Part shown: in pieces, positions 18,798-31,407 of the stretch
Numbering within the stretch: position 1 is the first letter of the stretch
Layout of the letters: each line of letters begins with the position of its first letter
Source: the human T2T-CHM13v2.0 reference genome, Homo sapiens
Length of the DNA: 64,000 nucleotides
Direction: 5' to 3' (one strand)
Assembly (NCBI RefSeq): GCF_009914755.1
Contig: NC_060947.1
The notes under the pieces: generated by a model
The model's input: the letters and a program-made list of their open reading frames with translations, nothing else
Databases searched by the model: none
Told to the model about the DNA's origin: nothing
Program-made: the position numbers and the translations under genes

Positions 18798-19063
18798 TTA
18801 TATTAAATTAAATACACTTTAAGACAAAAAATATTTGGGATGGAGAGAGCCATGACTTAAAAAGATTGAATTTATCAAGGAAGTATAGCAATTTTAAACA
18901 AGTAGACACCAGTAAAATAGCCTCAAAATATATGCAGCAAAAAATTGTTATTTCTATAATGATAAATGTGCTATCATAGTGGGAAATTTCAACACATCAC
19001 TGTTATTTACAGGTTACACAATAAACAAATCAGTAAAGACACAGAAGAAAAATAAGTAAAACA

Positions 19064-19358
<295 letters not shown>

Positions 19359-21600
19359 TTAACAAGCAACACAATTAAGCTTGATTGTTAATTGGGGGAG
19401 GGGGGTATGATTATGCATGCATTAGGAAATATACAATTGTCTCATGCACATGTGAGACGTTTTAGAAAAGTTGATCATATATAATCTATTAAATCCTCAA
19501 AAATTTGAGATCTTACAATATCTAACCATAATAAAATTATGCTAGAAGATAATTTAAAAAATAAAAATATCCCTGATCATATGGAAATTTAAAACACACA
19601 CACATACACACACATACACAACACTATGTAACTCTTAGGTTAAAGAAAAACATCATAGTGAAATTTAACAATGACAAACACAGAATTATAAAGAAACACT
19701 AGATATTAGGAACTGTGAGATATGGCAAAAATGCTTTAAGGAAGATTTACAGCCACAAGCCTCATATTAAAAAAGAAGAAATTCTTAAAATTAATGATTT
19801 AAATATTCATCTTAAGATGATAGAGTATGATTGACAGAATAAATCAAAGAAAGTAGAAGTCAACAAATATCAAAAGCATAGCAGAAATAAAAATACGAGA
19901 CAAAAGTATAATTGGAAAGTCAACAAAATGTATCACGATTAGTATGCAGGATATAATTGCAGACAAAGAAAATACTGATATGTGCCACCTGAGGGTGAGC
20001 CTTGGCGTTCATAAACAAATTTGTGGGGTCAATTTCCTCAGTTCTTCCTCCCTGAAATCTGTCTGGTATGTTTCAATTCTCTGCCTTCACCCTTTTTGGT
20101 TCCCTAGTCAGAAACTTGGGGCTCTAATTACCCCGATACTGGCAGGCTCTGTTGTGGACTGCTGTGATGAGATTCATGTTCTGGCTCAAGTGGAGGAAGA
20201 CGGGCAATAAAAAAAACAAAACAAAATACGACAATCAACCAGGAAAACAAAGAGAGTTTGTCCTACCCTCTTGAAACTGCAAGCTGTATAGAACAGAGAA
20301 GACTCCTCCCTCAGAGTTTTCATTCTTACTGGTTCCAGTAACTGCAGCTGCCATCTCCACCAACACCACAAGATTGCCTGGAAACTGAGGCACAACAGAA
20401 TGGAGAAATAAAGAGAAAGGTGGGAGAGAGTTCTCCACTCTCTCTTAGCATTAGGAGTTTCCTTTCCCAGTCCTTGAGCCAGGGGAAGATGGTCTCTCCT
20501 GGAGCTTTCTCTTTCTGTGCCACAGAGCTCATTTCCAACTTACCACTTGTTTTGACTTTAGATTGGGAGATGTCAAAGGGAAAATAAAAAGGTCAACTTA
20601 GTACAAATTCACAAAATTCACTTCAAATTCTGGTGTTCTGTCCTGATCTACCTACTACTATTTACTTTTCAGAGTTTTCAAATAGTTGCTTCATACATTC
20701 TGTGCAGGTTTTAAAGTTGTGTTCAACAGGAAAAGAAAGAATAAAGTGTACTTACTGCATTTTATCCAGAATTGGAGCCGATACTATTTTATGAAGTTAA
20801 AAAAATTGAAATGTAAAATATTTATATTCTTTAGGGATATCATAGATGCAACAAAGTTATATGAAAAAGAAGTCAAACAAAAAATGCACGTGAGATTCAG
20901 GATAATGGTTTCTCTAGATGAAGGAAGGCAGGTGTATAGGTTGGCAGGGGTACCATTCCATTTGTTTGATATAGATCATTATTAAGATACTTGCTTTTGT
21001 TTTGGGTGGCGCTTTCTCAAGCATTCATAACCTCTTGAAAACTAAATAAATACATAAATAAAACTAGGCTGCACATAGACCAATGAAAAAGACTATTAAT
21101 CAAGAATAGTGATCGGTACAATTTTGTACACCTGAATACAAAATAATAAATCAATAGAGGAAAAAATAGAAGAAAAATGTTTTCTTCTTGCCTTTGAGAG
21201 GTTAGAGGTGAGAGGTTATAAATCAGGGTCATTTAAGCTCTGTTGTACCAACAAATGAACCTGAAATCTCAGTCACTTAGTATAATGAATGTTTGTTTCC
21301 TAGTCACACAAAGCCCAAGTCTGATGCTACTGGCTACATAACTCTCCTTTTAGCAATGACTTAGGAATTAGGGTTCATCTATCACATGACTCCATCATCT
21401 TGAAGCCCTTTCCTTCAAGCCATACATAAGAAGAAAATAAGCATGAGAATAAAGACAGAGGGGAGATCTCTCTGGAGATTTTAGGAATCAGGTCCAGAAG
21501 ACGTATGTAACTCATCTGTCCACAATCCACTGTGGACCCACCTAGATGTAAAAGGACCCGGCAACATAGTGTTTTGAGTGCTTAAGAAGGAAATTGTTAT

Positions 21601-21956
<356 letters not shown>

Positions 21957-23059
21957 TTACCATAATGATATTCAATATTCAAGGTTTAAGTTACTGCCTC
22001 TATTCTGCTATGCTATAATCTCCCTTTTGTACATAGTATCTGCTATACAATAATCACATTCTAGTATAATATTCCTCTAATATCTGATAAACACACACAA
22101 ATTGAATATAGATATCTAGTTATTAAACATCATCCATGATATCTCTCTGGTCTCCTGTATGATTTACTAAAAGAGTTGTTTTCCTCAGTGTAAAAATTAG
22201 TTCAGAAAGCCATACTGGTATTTACATAACATTAACACATCCTTCATCATACTATTCTTAGGTGTTTTAAAAGTTGAAATATTAATGTTTTTGCCCTGAA
22301 AGCCATAATTTCATCACATTTCTCTCATTCAACAGAAACATAGTAATTCACTTAGAGCTCCTATAGGAAAAAGATAAACAGCAAAGAGATACCCCAAATC
22401 GAAACTAAGAGACTGCTGGAGAAAATAGTGCACTAGAAATTTTGCTGAATTGCTACTGACTCTTTAGTTTACAGCTTGATGTACTAGCAATATCAAGACA
22501 AAAAGGCAACATACAAGCCAAAGACAAAGTTGATGATTTTAGCTAAATGTAACATAGAGAAAATAATCAAATGCTAAGCGTGGCAGATAAGGGTAGAAAT
22601 TAAGAAAAGGTACAATTTCCAAGTTTGCCACTGTGAGACATTGAACAAGCCTTGATTTCCTCATCTGTAAATTGGCCATAACAACAGTACTGATTTATTT
22701 TGAAGATTAAATGAATTAGCAGGTATAAGATGCCTCCAGTGGTGCCTGGCACATAATAAGTACTGAATAAATGCTAGCTATTATCATTTCACAAAAGAAT
22801 TTAACAAAGCTTTGATTGACACTAAAAAGTCAAAGACATGATTATCTTCATTATCCAGTTTCTTTTCTATGTTAAATTATACTAAATTAATTACAATTCC
22901 AAAAGAAAACCCCATTTATTTCCTGAAAACATTTTTTAAAATAAACAAATCCTGCCTTTTCATATCCATTTCACAGGAAGACCTTTGTGTTCAAATATGA
23001 TACAATATTTAACTTTCACAAACATCTGCCTACACTTTAGTTTTTATTATTTTTAATAA

Positions 23060-23405
<346 letters not shown>

Positions 23406-23409
23406 TAAA

Positions 23410-24245
23410 ATAAACTTCTTTTTGGTAAAACTTTGTTATTAAAATATGAAATATATGCACAAGTGCATACATTATAAGCATACAGGTCAGTGAATTTTCA
23501 CAGTATGAATATACCCAATTAACGAACACCAGGATCAGAAAAAACCAGAACATTATAGCATCCCTGAAACTCTTTTTATGCTTCCTTCTAGTCATTACTT
23601 CCACCAAGGATAACTCCTATCCTTATGTGTTGAAGTGTAGATTTGGTTAGTTTTGTCCTTTCTATAAATGCAGTCTTACAGTATGTACTCTTCTGTGTCT
23701 GGTTTATTTTGCTCAACATTTTGTTTGTGAGATTCAATAATATTGTTGTGGATAACTGTAGCTTGTTAGTTCTTATTCCTTTATGGCAGCCAACAGTCTA
23801 GATATACCACAGTTTATTCATCCATTTTACTCCTGATGAGCATTTGGGTAGTTTCCAGTTTGCAACTTTTTTGGAATAAAACTGCTCTGAACTTTCTAAT
23901 ACGTGTTTTTGGTGAACATATGTCTGAATTTGTGTTGAGTATATACCTAAGAATGGGATTGCTGACATCATAGGTTATGCATATGTTTAGATTTAATAGG
24001 CACTGCTGAAAAGTCTTCCAAGGTTGTTGAAACAATTTTATCTTTCACCATGAGTAGACGTGAGTTCCAGTTGCTTCAACTCTTCACCCACATTTTCCGT
24101 TGCCCATGATTTCATTTTAAACATTTTGGGGAATGTGTCATGATGTTGCACTATGCTTTAAATTTATATCACCCTTATGTCTAATTAAGTCACTTACCTT
24201 TTGATGCATTCATTTGCCATTTGGCTATCCTCCTTTGTAATGTGA
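23410..24245 (-). mobile_element. L1ME-like 3' end fragment
   Basis: ATATACCACAGTTTATTCATCCATT...TATATACCTAAGAATGGGATTGCT, reverse L1 3' motifs. Confidence 0.8.
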
Positions 24246-26519
24246 GTAAAATAGACTTCTTCAATTGGTAAATATATGTTTCAGTATTTTGTTCATTATT
24301 ATTATAACTAGCTGGTTAGACAAAGCAGATTCACCTACTTGGCTTGTACTGAACAAAGTTAGACTGGTCCTCAGATGAACTGTCAGTAATACCCATGAGT
24401 TGTAGTCAGACAAGGTTATTCTAACCCCAAACACTACCAGCTTATTAAAAAAAAAAAGAAAAGAAGAAGCTATCCTGAATGTCTAGTTCCCTTCAACTCT
24501 GTAGCCAGTATAACAAAAATAAAAACAAAACACAAAACAAAAATAAAATGGCGATGACTCCTTACACCACTATAATATTCTCTGATCAGAAAAGAAAAGA
24601 AATGAAAACAAATTTTAAAAGCTAAAATGAAACAAAGCACTCCTCTCTCAAACACATACTATGTTCTAGGTACTCTATGGAGTATACATACTACAACATC
24701 CCCAGGAGGAGGTAATCCCATTAACTTCATTTTTTTACAGGAGGACATTCAGACTCAGAAAAGGTAAGGAATTTTCTCAAGGCCATATGGTGATAGGATT
24801 CAAACCAGATCATATTATATCAGATATCTCCATTATGTCCTCAACTTATCTTTTTAAATAAAAGGCTGACAGGCGATATGGCTGAGTCATGCCAGAAAAG
24901 AACTCCTAAAACTTCCTAGCTATGTAAGCTTGAATAACTATGTCACTTTCCTGGGTGAGACTCAATTTCCTCTGTCTAAAATAAAGAGATTATTCAAGGT
25001 TGTCTCTAGAGCCCCCTTCAAAAACTGATTCTATGATTTTAAACACTTTTGAGTTCTACTACCAGAACCAATGTTATTTCCTTCTAGGTACAAGAAAATT
25101 GGCCTACTTAGATGTTGCTCTTTATTACTGGTCTTCACTCTTTTGTGATTTTTATCTTGCTTTATCGATAAACCTCAAGGTCACCGAAATAACACCTTCT
25201 CTGTTCAGTCTTCCCTGATTCTTTTAGGCTGAATTCAGATCTCTCCTAGAGTACTTACCACAGCATGTATTACATGTGCTGTTTGTGGGTCACTCTATTG
25301 CTAGACATGAGCTCCTTAAAGACAAGGACTGTGCCTTACACATCCCTAGAGCCTCAACACCCTGCACTGTCTGTCACATAGCATGTAATTAATAAATGAT
25401 AGACAAATGAATAGGTGAACAAATATTACTATCTCCAGTCACATAGGCTGAATATTTGAAAGCCAGAAGTGGGACCTCTATGATTATTTCTAGTTACCCT
25501 CTATCTTTCATTCCCAGAAACCAAGCAAGAGTGTGACTATAAGCACAGTCCCAGCCTCAGCTCTCCACAGGAGGGAGAGCTTGGAGTATAAATTGCACCA
25601 CAGAGTTTTTTCAAACTATAGTAAAAAGAGCCAGGGTTTCATACTTCCACATCAGTCAGTTCTTGGGTAAGGTGGAAGAGGGTTTCAAATTCCAGGTACT
25701 TCCTGTTCTCATCACAGGCATGACACACAGTGCTAGTAGCCCAAGAGCAATTGTTAAAGAGGGTATGGGTGCTGGCCTTTAGAAGCAAACTACAGAGAAG
25801 AGGGTGATGGCTGTGAGTACACAGAGCTAGTCTGGGCTGAACTTTCACAGCCCCTGCCTTACCTTCTTTTCCCAATCTATTTTCCTCTGAAAAATATTAT
25901 TAATCTAGGTAATTTGAGTGATACTGAAATTTGATTCCATATTTTATACTTGGAAACATTAGCTCACACTGTTCTCTTCCTTCATCAAACCTATTTTATA
26001 CGCTGTAATTACCGTGAAATGCCCTGAATCATTTCAGAGGAAGTGATCTTCCATATATTTACATCAATACCGTTTCATTTATTTTCCCAAACCCAGAAGA
26101 GTATGAATTCTGCCCTACCACCCCCAAAGCATTCAATGCAGGAAATATTATTATTTTACCTGCTTCAACCACAATATCTGAAGCTATTTTTTTGTGCGTT
26201 CAATTTGAAGTAGAAGATATGCCACAGGTTCTGTGTCCTGGATATCATGAAGTCTGATATAAATACATATAAAAAGTGCAAGTGGTCTATTTCAGCAGAA
26301 CTCTATGCAGAGATCAGAAATTCACCAGGAAATAGGTCTTTGTAACTCCCAAGTTCTGGTTAGATTTTAATAAAATGTAAGCTTTAGGAGAGCAGGAAAC
26401 TGAACTAGATATATCCATAATGATACCCTCAGTACTTTGAACCATGCCTGGCACATAGTGGGTTTCCAGGGCACATTTCCTGAATCAATTACAATTTTAA
26501 TATTTCACCCACCTGAAAT

Positions 26520-26675
26520 ATTGTTCTGCGGTTTTATTTAAACTGGCTGTCAGCATGGAATGACTTCTGCATTCTCTCCTGGAAGTGGGTGAATTTCCAT
26601 GGTGAGCCATTCCTCTATATACAGTTTGCAAATCATTTTGGGAACCTTCCAAATGAAAGGCACTGTATAAATATA
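26520..26675 (+). mobile_element. AmnSINE1/Deu-SINE-like ancient remnant
   Basis: 3' tail ...GTTTGCAAATCATTTTGGGAACCTTCCAAATGAAAGGCACTGTATAAAT and the upstream CTGCATTCTCTCCTGGAAGTGGGTGAATTTCCATGGTG resemble the AmnSINE1 3' region as I recall it. Confidence 0.5.
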
Positions 26676-27075
26676 CCCTCCCACCAGCAGCCAGCCGGCT
26701 TTCCACCGGGGATGCATTTGCATCGCTTATGTACACAGTGTTTCATTTGGGGCATTGCTTTTATTTTTATGACCATAAAAGAAATATTCACAGTATGAAC
26801 AATAATGTAAACTGCATTCAAGAAGATATATATTTATATATTTTTATGATTCAAAACTTAGAAATCTGAAAGAAAAGCAGGCATGGCATTTTTCTTTCCT
26901 GTTGCTGTTTGCTTTTTCATAGCATTCTTTATTATTCCTGAACTTTATGGTGGAATTTTGCTGAAATGCTCAAGTCTTTGTCTGTACCTCATTTGAGAAT
27001 ATGTGGTGGTGGGTTCAAATGAATATTGCTGGCAAAAGGCCTGAAAATGAAGAGTACTTGATTTTGCATTTATTC

Positions 27076-27717
27076 AAGGCTATAATAATAGTTTGCTTTA
27101 GCGCAGCTTTTTGTGGATGGAGGCTTCTTTAAGGAGAGAAAGAGAAAAAGAAGCAACCTCAGGTATAAAATACCTTCTAAGTAACTTAGCATGATAATCG
27201 AAACTTTCACAGATGGAAGAGGCTTTGAAGAGACGTATTTTAGCCTTCAAAACAAAAGGGGGGCTGATTTCATAGAGCATTGTGGGGAGCTAGACTTTGA
27301 ATTCATATCATATGGAAAATGTTTAGTGAACTTTGAAATAAACTGCCAACAGAATTAAATCAAAACCTCTGTAAATTATGTATTTATCTACATAGAATCA
27401 TCTGCACACAAAAATGAACTGAATTATAACTTCTTAATTTATACATTTCCATAATTAAATTTAAACTGAATAAAATAACCCAATTCAGACATATTTCCTA
27501 ACCTTAAGGATATTCTAGCCTTAAGGATTTTATTAAAAAGAGAAGCTACTCTGAATATTCAGAGTAATTTTATATAAAAAGTATCTAAAAAGGTAGATTA
27601 AATAAAACTCTTGTTCACTTCACTGAGTGGCTGGCAGCTGAGTAGGCTCTCTTTCTCTCTTTAAAGAAGCCTCCATCCACAAAAAGCTGCGCTAAAGCAA
27701 ACTATTATTATAGCCTT
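27076..27717. repeat. 70-bp inverted repeat (arms 27076-27145 and 27648-27717; 69/70 identical; 502-bp spacer)
   Basis: Base-by-base comparison of the left arm with the reverse complement of the right arm. Confidence 0.97.
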
Positions 27718-29859
27718 CAATGACGTGAAATGTGAAGAATTAAATTTCAACTACCAATAGTTAAAGACAGAATCAATAAGAACTTGAGTTCATTTCAGGT
27801 GTTGATCATTCTCTTTCGTAAATACCAAATTTGATATTTTCTCACGTTTTACTACTAAAACAATGAAAGTGATTTTTGAAACCTTAACTATAGGATAGTA
27901 ATATTAGGAAATAGCTCACTCAGTTTATTTTGGGGTTTGTAAAGTGGGGTTATATTCTCCATCTCCCAAGTCAGAATATTTCTGTAGCTAACCTTTAATT
28001 TCATACTCCCATTAATACCAACCTTGTTTCATTAAAATGAATCTAATGTACAATATCTTGACATTCTTCTTTATTACTAGAAAATAAAACAGCAGTTTCT
28101 TCAACTGAGAAAAGCTAGAAGCATGGAATTGATCTGCAGCCAGTTTTTACTACAAACCCCATAATGCTTTGCATTATAGCCTACAATCCCCATACTGCAG
28201 TGCCAAACCTACAGTTAACCATCATATTACTGGAAAGAAAAAGAACAGAATATTTGAGAACTATGTAGCATGCAAGGATTCTACTTGAATAGTAAATTAT
28301 CAATTTGTTTCCAGTATTTTGTGATTTGCTTGCCTTTTCCTTTAGTAAAAAAGGCATATTTATGGATATGCACTCTATTTCCTCATCCTCAATATAATGT
28401 CGCATATTCTCAAATGATATATCAAGGTATATACTTTCCATGTCAAAGACTCTTTTTTAAAAATATCCATCATTGGGTTGTGTAGTTTTCCACCCTCCTT
28501 TGGAGGGAGGTCAGCTTTATTCAGATTTTAAAATAAAAATCACAATACATTGTTGAATGCTCTAAACATCTGCAAATGAGAATTCAGTGAAGTAATTAAA
28601 ATTCTTAATTAGATGCACCTTGCAGCTGCCGTTAGTCTTAATTGGCAATAATGCAGCTACATTTTGTTCTGACACATATCTTCAGAAGAGTTAGAGAACT
28701 GAAGGGAGGCAAGAGGAAAATGTTCCCACACAGTTCAAGATAGTTCGCACAAAGAGGATCCCATGGCAACAAACAGCGAGGCCCACAGTTGGCTCTGTAG
28801 GATCCAGGAATAGACAATGCTTCACCTCAGATTCAAACAAACACTTCCTTTCCTGGATCTGATCATTTCATTTGAAATGAAAGCACTTTAAATCATCTCT
28901 TGAAATAGGATTGAAGTGGTCAAATGTTCACCTGTGTCCTCGAGATGCTTTTCAAAGCTTCTAGATGCTCTCTGCAGCCCATGTCAAGGTAATAATCATA
29001 ACTCCTTCTCTGTGTACAGTAACAAACTGACTTGCAGAACATTTCAAAGAGAGGACGTGATTTTTGTACCATATGGAGCTGGACAGCACGTTGGCAACTG
29101 GTTAATTTCAACCTGTCATTTTATAGACAAGGAAACTGAGGCCAAGAGAAATTAAAGTGATTCCCTTGGGTAATTATGGCTACTTAGGAGTAGAATTTAG
29201 ACTCAAATCTAGGATTGGAGCCTACGGTCAAGACGTTTACTTTTAAATTTTGCTTGAAGCAATTACATTTACACTTGTTACTTGTGCCCCCCTCCAGGTC
29301 TGCTTGAGGTCTATTCACATTCAACTGGGTCAACTAGAGGACTGTGATGGAAGGTATAGAAAATCTAGATCACTCACGTTGAAAGGAGGGGAATATATTT
29401 CCTCTTCACCTCTAATCTTCAGTTTAGGCTGAATTATAGCATGTGGGGAAGAAGCAGAGGGAAGAAAAACACTGGCACAGAAGATGTGAACATGGGTGAG
29501 TTAGCTTCAAAGAAACCTTGTAAGACTTGCCTACCGACTTTAACCACATTTTCCCTCTGCTTAGGTTGGAAATTTCAGTGTACTGCTCCTTTTTTCGAAA
29601 TACAGTTTTACCTCCCTGTCTAGTCTCCCTGCCTGCTGTTATTCTCACCTGCGCGCTTAGTTTGTATTCGTTTAGCTCACATTTTACCTAATTTTTAAAG
29701 TGTTTTCTTTATCTTGATGCGTGTTTTACTCCCCAAATTAAAACAGTTCTGAAGGGCCAAGGCTACTTTACCTATTTATTCTATTTTTGGTTTATCCGGT
29801 TAAGCCTGCCATTACAAAAGCTTGTGGGATACATTACAAAATGGGTTAAGGTTTTTAAG

Positions 29860-31407
29860 TACATGGGCTGCCGGTGTTGAATGGGAAAGGTTGCAGGGTG
29901 GGGAGAGGGAGAGAAGTAACTAGAAAAGCGGCTCGCTGCCTTTTAATCATCCAGCCTACTCAGCTGCCGGAAACTGACACTGTTGCTGCAGTGTAAACAT
30001 TAACATTTTTTAAGGGTCTTGCTACTCCAAATGTGGTCCACAGCCCAGCAACATTATTATGGGCCACGGGCGAGCTTATTAGAAACGCAGGGTCTCAGGC
30101 CTCACTCCAGATGTACCGAATCCGAATCTGCATTTTAACAAGACACCCAGGTGACGGTGTGTACATCAAAGTTTGAGAATCACGGAATCACATGTGAGTG
30201 TTATACTATCCCAATGTAAATGGTCAAGGACCTTAAATTGAGCAAATAACCTAATGTATTTACCCGTACCTACTTTGACCCTCTTTCTTCATCACAAATT
30301 CATCTCAGAAACCAGCAGCGAACTCTTTTGCAGGGAACTCAATTACGCGGTGGATGGGAGGAGGATCCTCTTCAATACCCTCCCCTCCGCTCCTCCTCCC
30401 ACTCCCCACCCCCACCCCGCACTCCCAGAGAGCCTTCCACAGGCACCCTTCTCCCAAGCCCCACTCACTTAGGGAAGATTTTGCTCCTCCCCCAAACTGA
30501 AAGCGCGGCTGTGAGGAGGGTTACTGCTTGAAGGACTCACAGTTTGCATATCAATACAGACAGAGGCACTTTTGCAAAACTGCCCTTTAGAAACAATTAT
30601 CATCTTAGCACCTGAGGTTTGTTTGGAGCAGCCCCCGCACCCCTTCTCTCTTGTAATCCATCTTAAAGTGATACGGAGAATGGGGGCGTTGGGGAGACAG
30701 TGATGGGGGTGGGAGGGTCGCGCGCAATAATAAATCTGCTTCAAAGAGAAGAGATGAAAAGGAGGTTATCAAGAGTGTGTCGGCTTAGGCATCACTCTCT
30801 GTATCTTTCTGCTTCCTAGAGAAATGGAACCATAATTCTAAGGTGGCTAAGGCAAGACTGTATAAGCATCCAAATTTGCCAGTCTGCTTTTGCCTGGAAG
30901 AACAGATTTCCGTTATTTGAAGCCTCCCAGGGTCCTTTCCAAAAGATTCCCAGGCTACCTTCCTTCCACTTCGGTCTTCTGAGAACTCAAACTCGCAAAG
31001 CGGTGGCTGTCTGTGGATTGGCTAGTACTAAAATATCCATTGGGTGGCAGTAATACTATCCTCTTTATGACTTGCAGCAAACCAGAGAATGCATTCAATC
31101 AAATGAACCGATCTTGTAGAAACACTGGAATCATTTATGCGTTGCAGTTTCTCTTTCTTGTTTTCGCTCCTTCTTCCCTGGGATATTTTGAGTGGATTGT
31201 GGCTATTAATCAAGATCTCGTGCTATTCGTGTTTTGCTTGTCGTTTTCGCTCAGGATTAGCATCATTCAAGGCAAACGCAAAGCTGCTTTTCCCACCCCC
31301 CCCCCCCGACTCTTTTTTGAAAAATCATTTTTGGGGGCTGCTGAGGAGAGCTAGGACCCAGGAGACACCTTCCCAAACAGCAGGGGTTGTGTGCTTTCAC
31401 ATAGCAG
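29860..31407 (+). promoter_or_regulatory. Promoter region (weak CpG enrichment, G/C-run clusters)
   Basis: Raised GC and CpG outside Alus (e.g. GGTCGCGCGC at ~30716-30725), C-rich tract ~30379-30426, G-rich tract 30682-30717, C3AC12 at 31292-31307, directly upstream of the first exon. Confidence 0.6.
30010..30185. mobile_element. MER5A-like remnant
   Basis: AATGTGGTCC...TTAGAAACGCAGGGTCTCAGGCC...GAATCTGCATTTTAACAAGA...AAGTTTGAGAA. Confidence 0.75.

Noticed and set aside
27076-27717. Inverted repeat as TIRs of a DNA transposon
   Set aside because: Arms are too identical for a human DNA transposon, no TSD is evident, and one arm is fused to another locally templated segment.
29075-29090. Possible REST/RE1 site (GGACAGCAC)
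   Set aside because: Only the right half-site; no TCAGCACC half at the proper spacing.
31013-31354. 113-aa hydrophobic ORF overlapping the promoter
   Set aside because: Starts at GTG, runs through the poly-C tract, lies upstream of the presumed TSS, and its hydrophobicity follows from T-rich sequence; no recognisable family.
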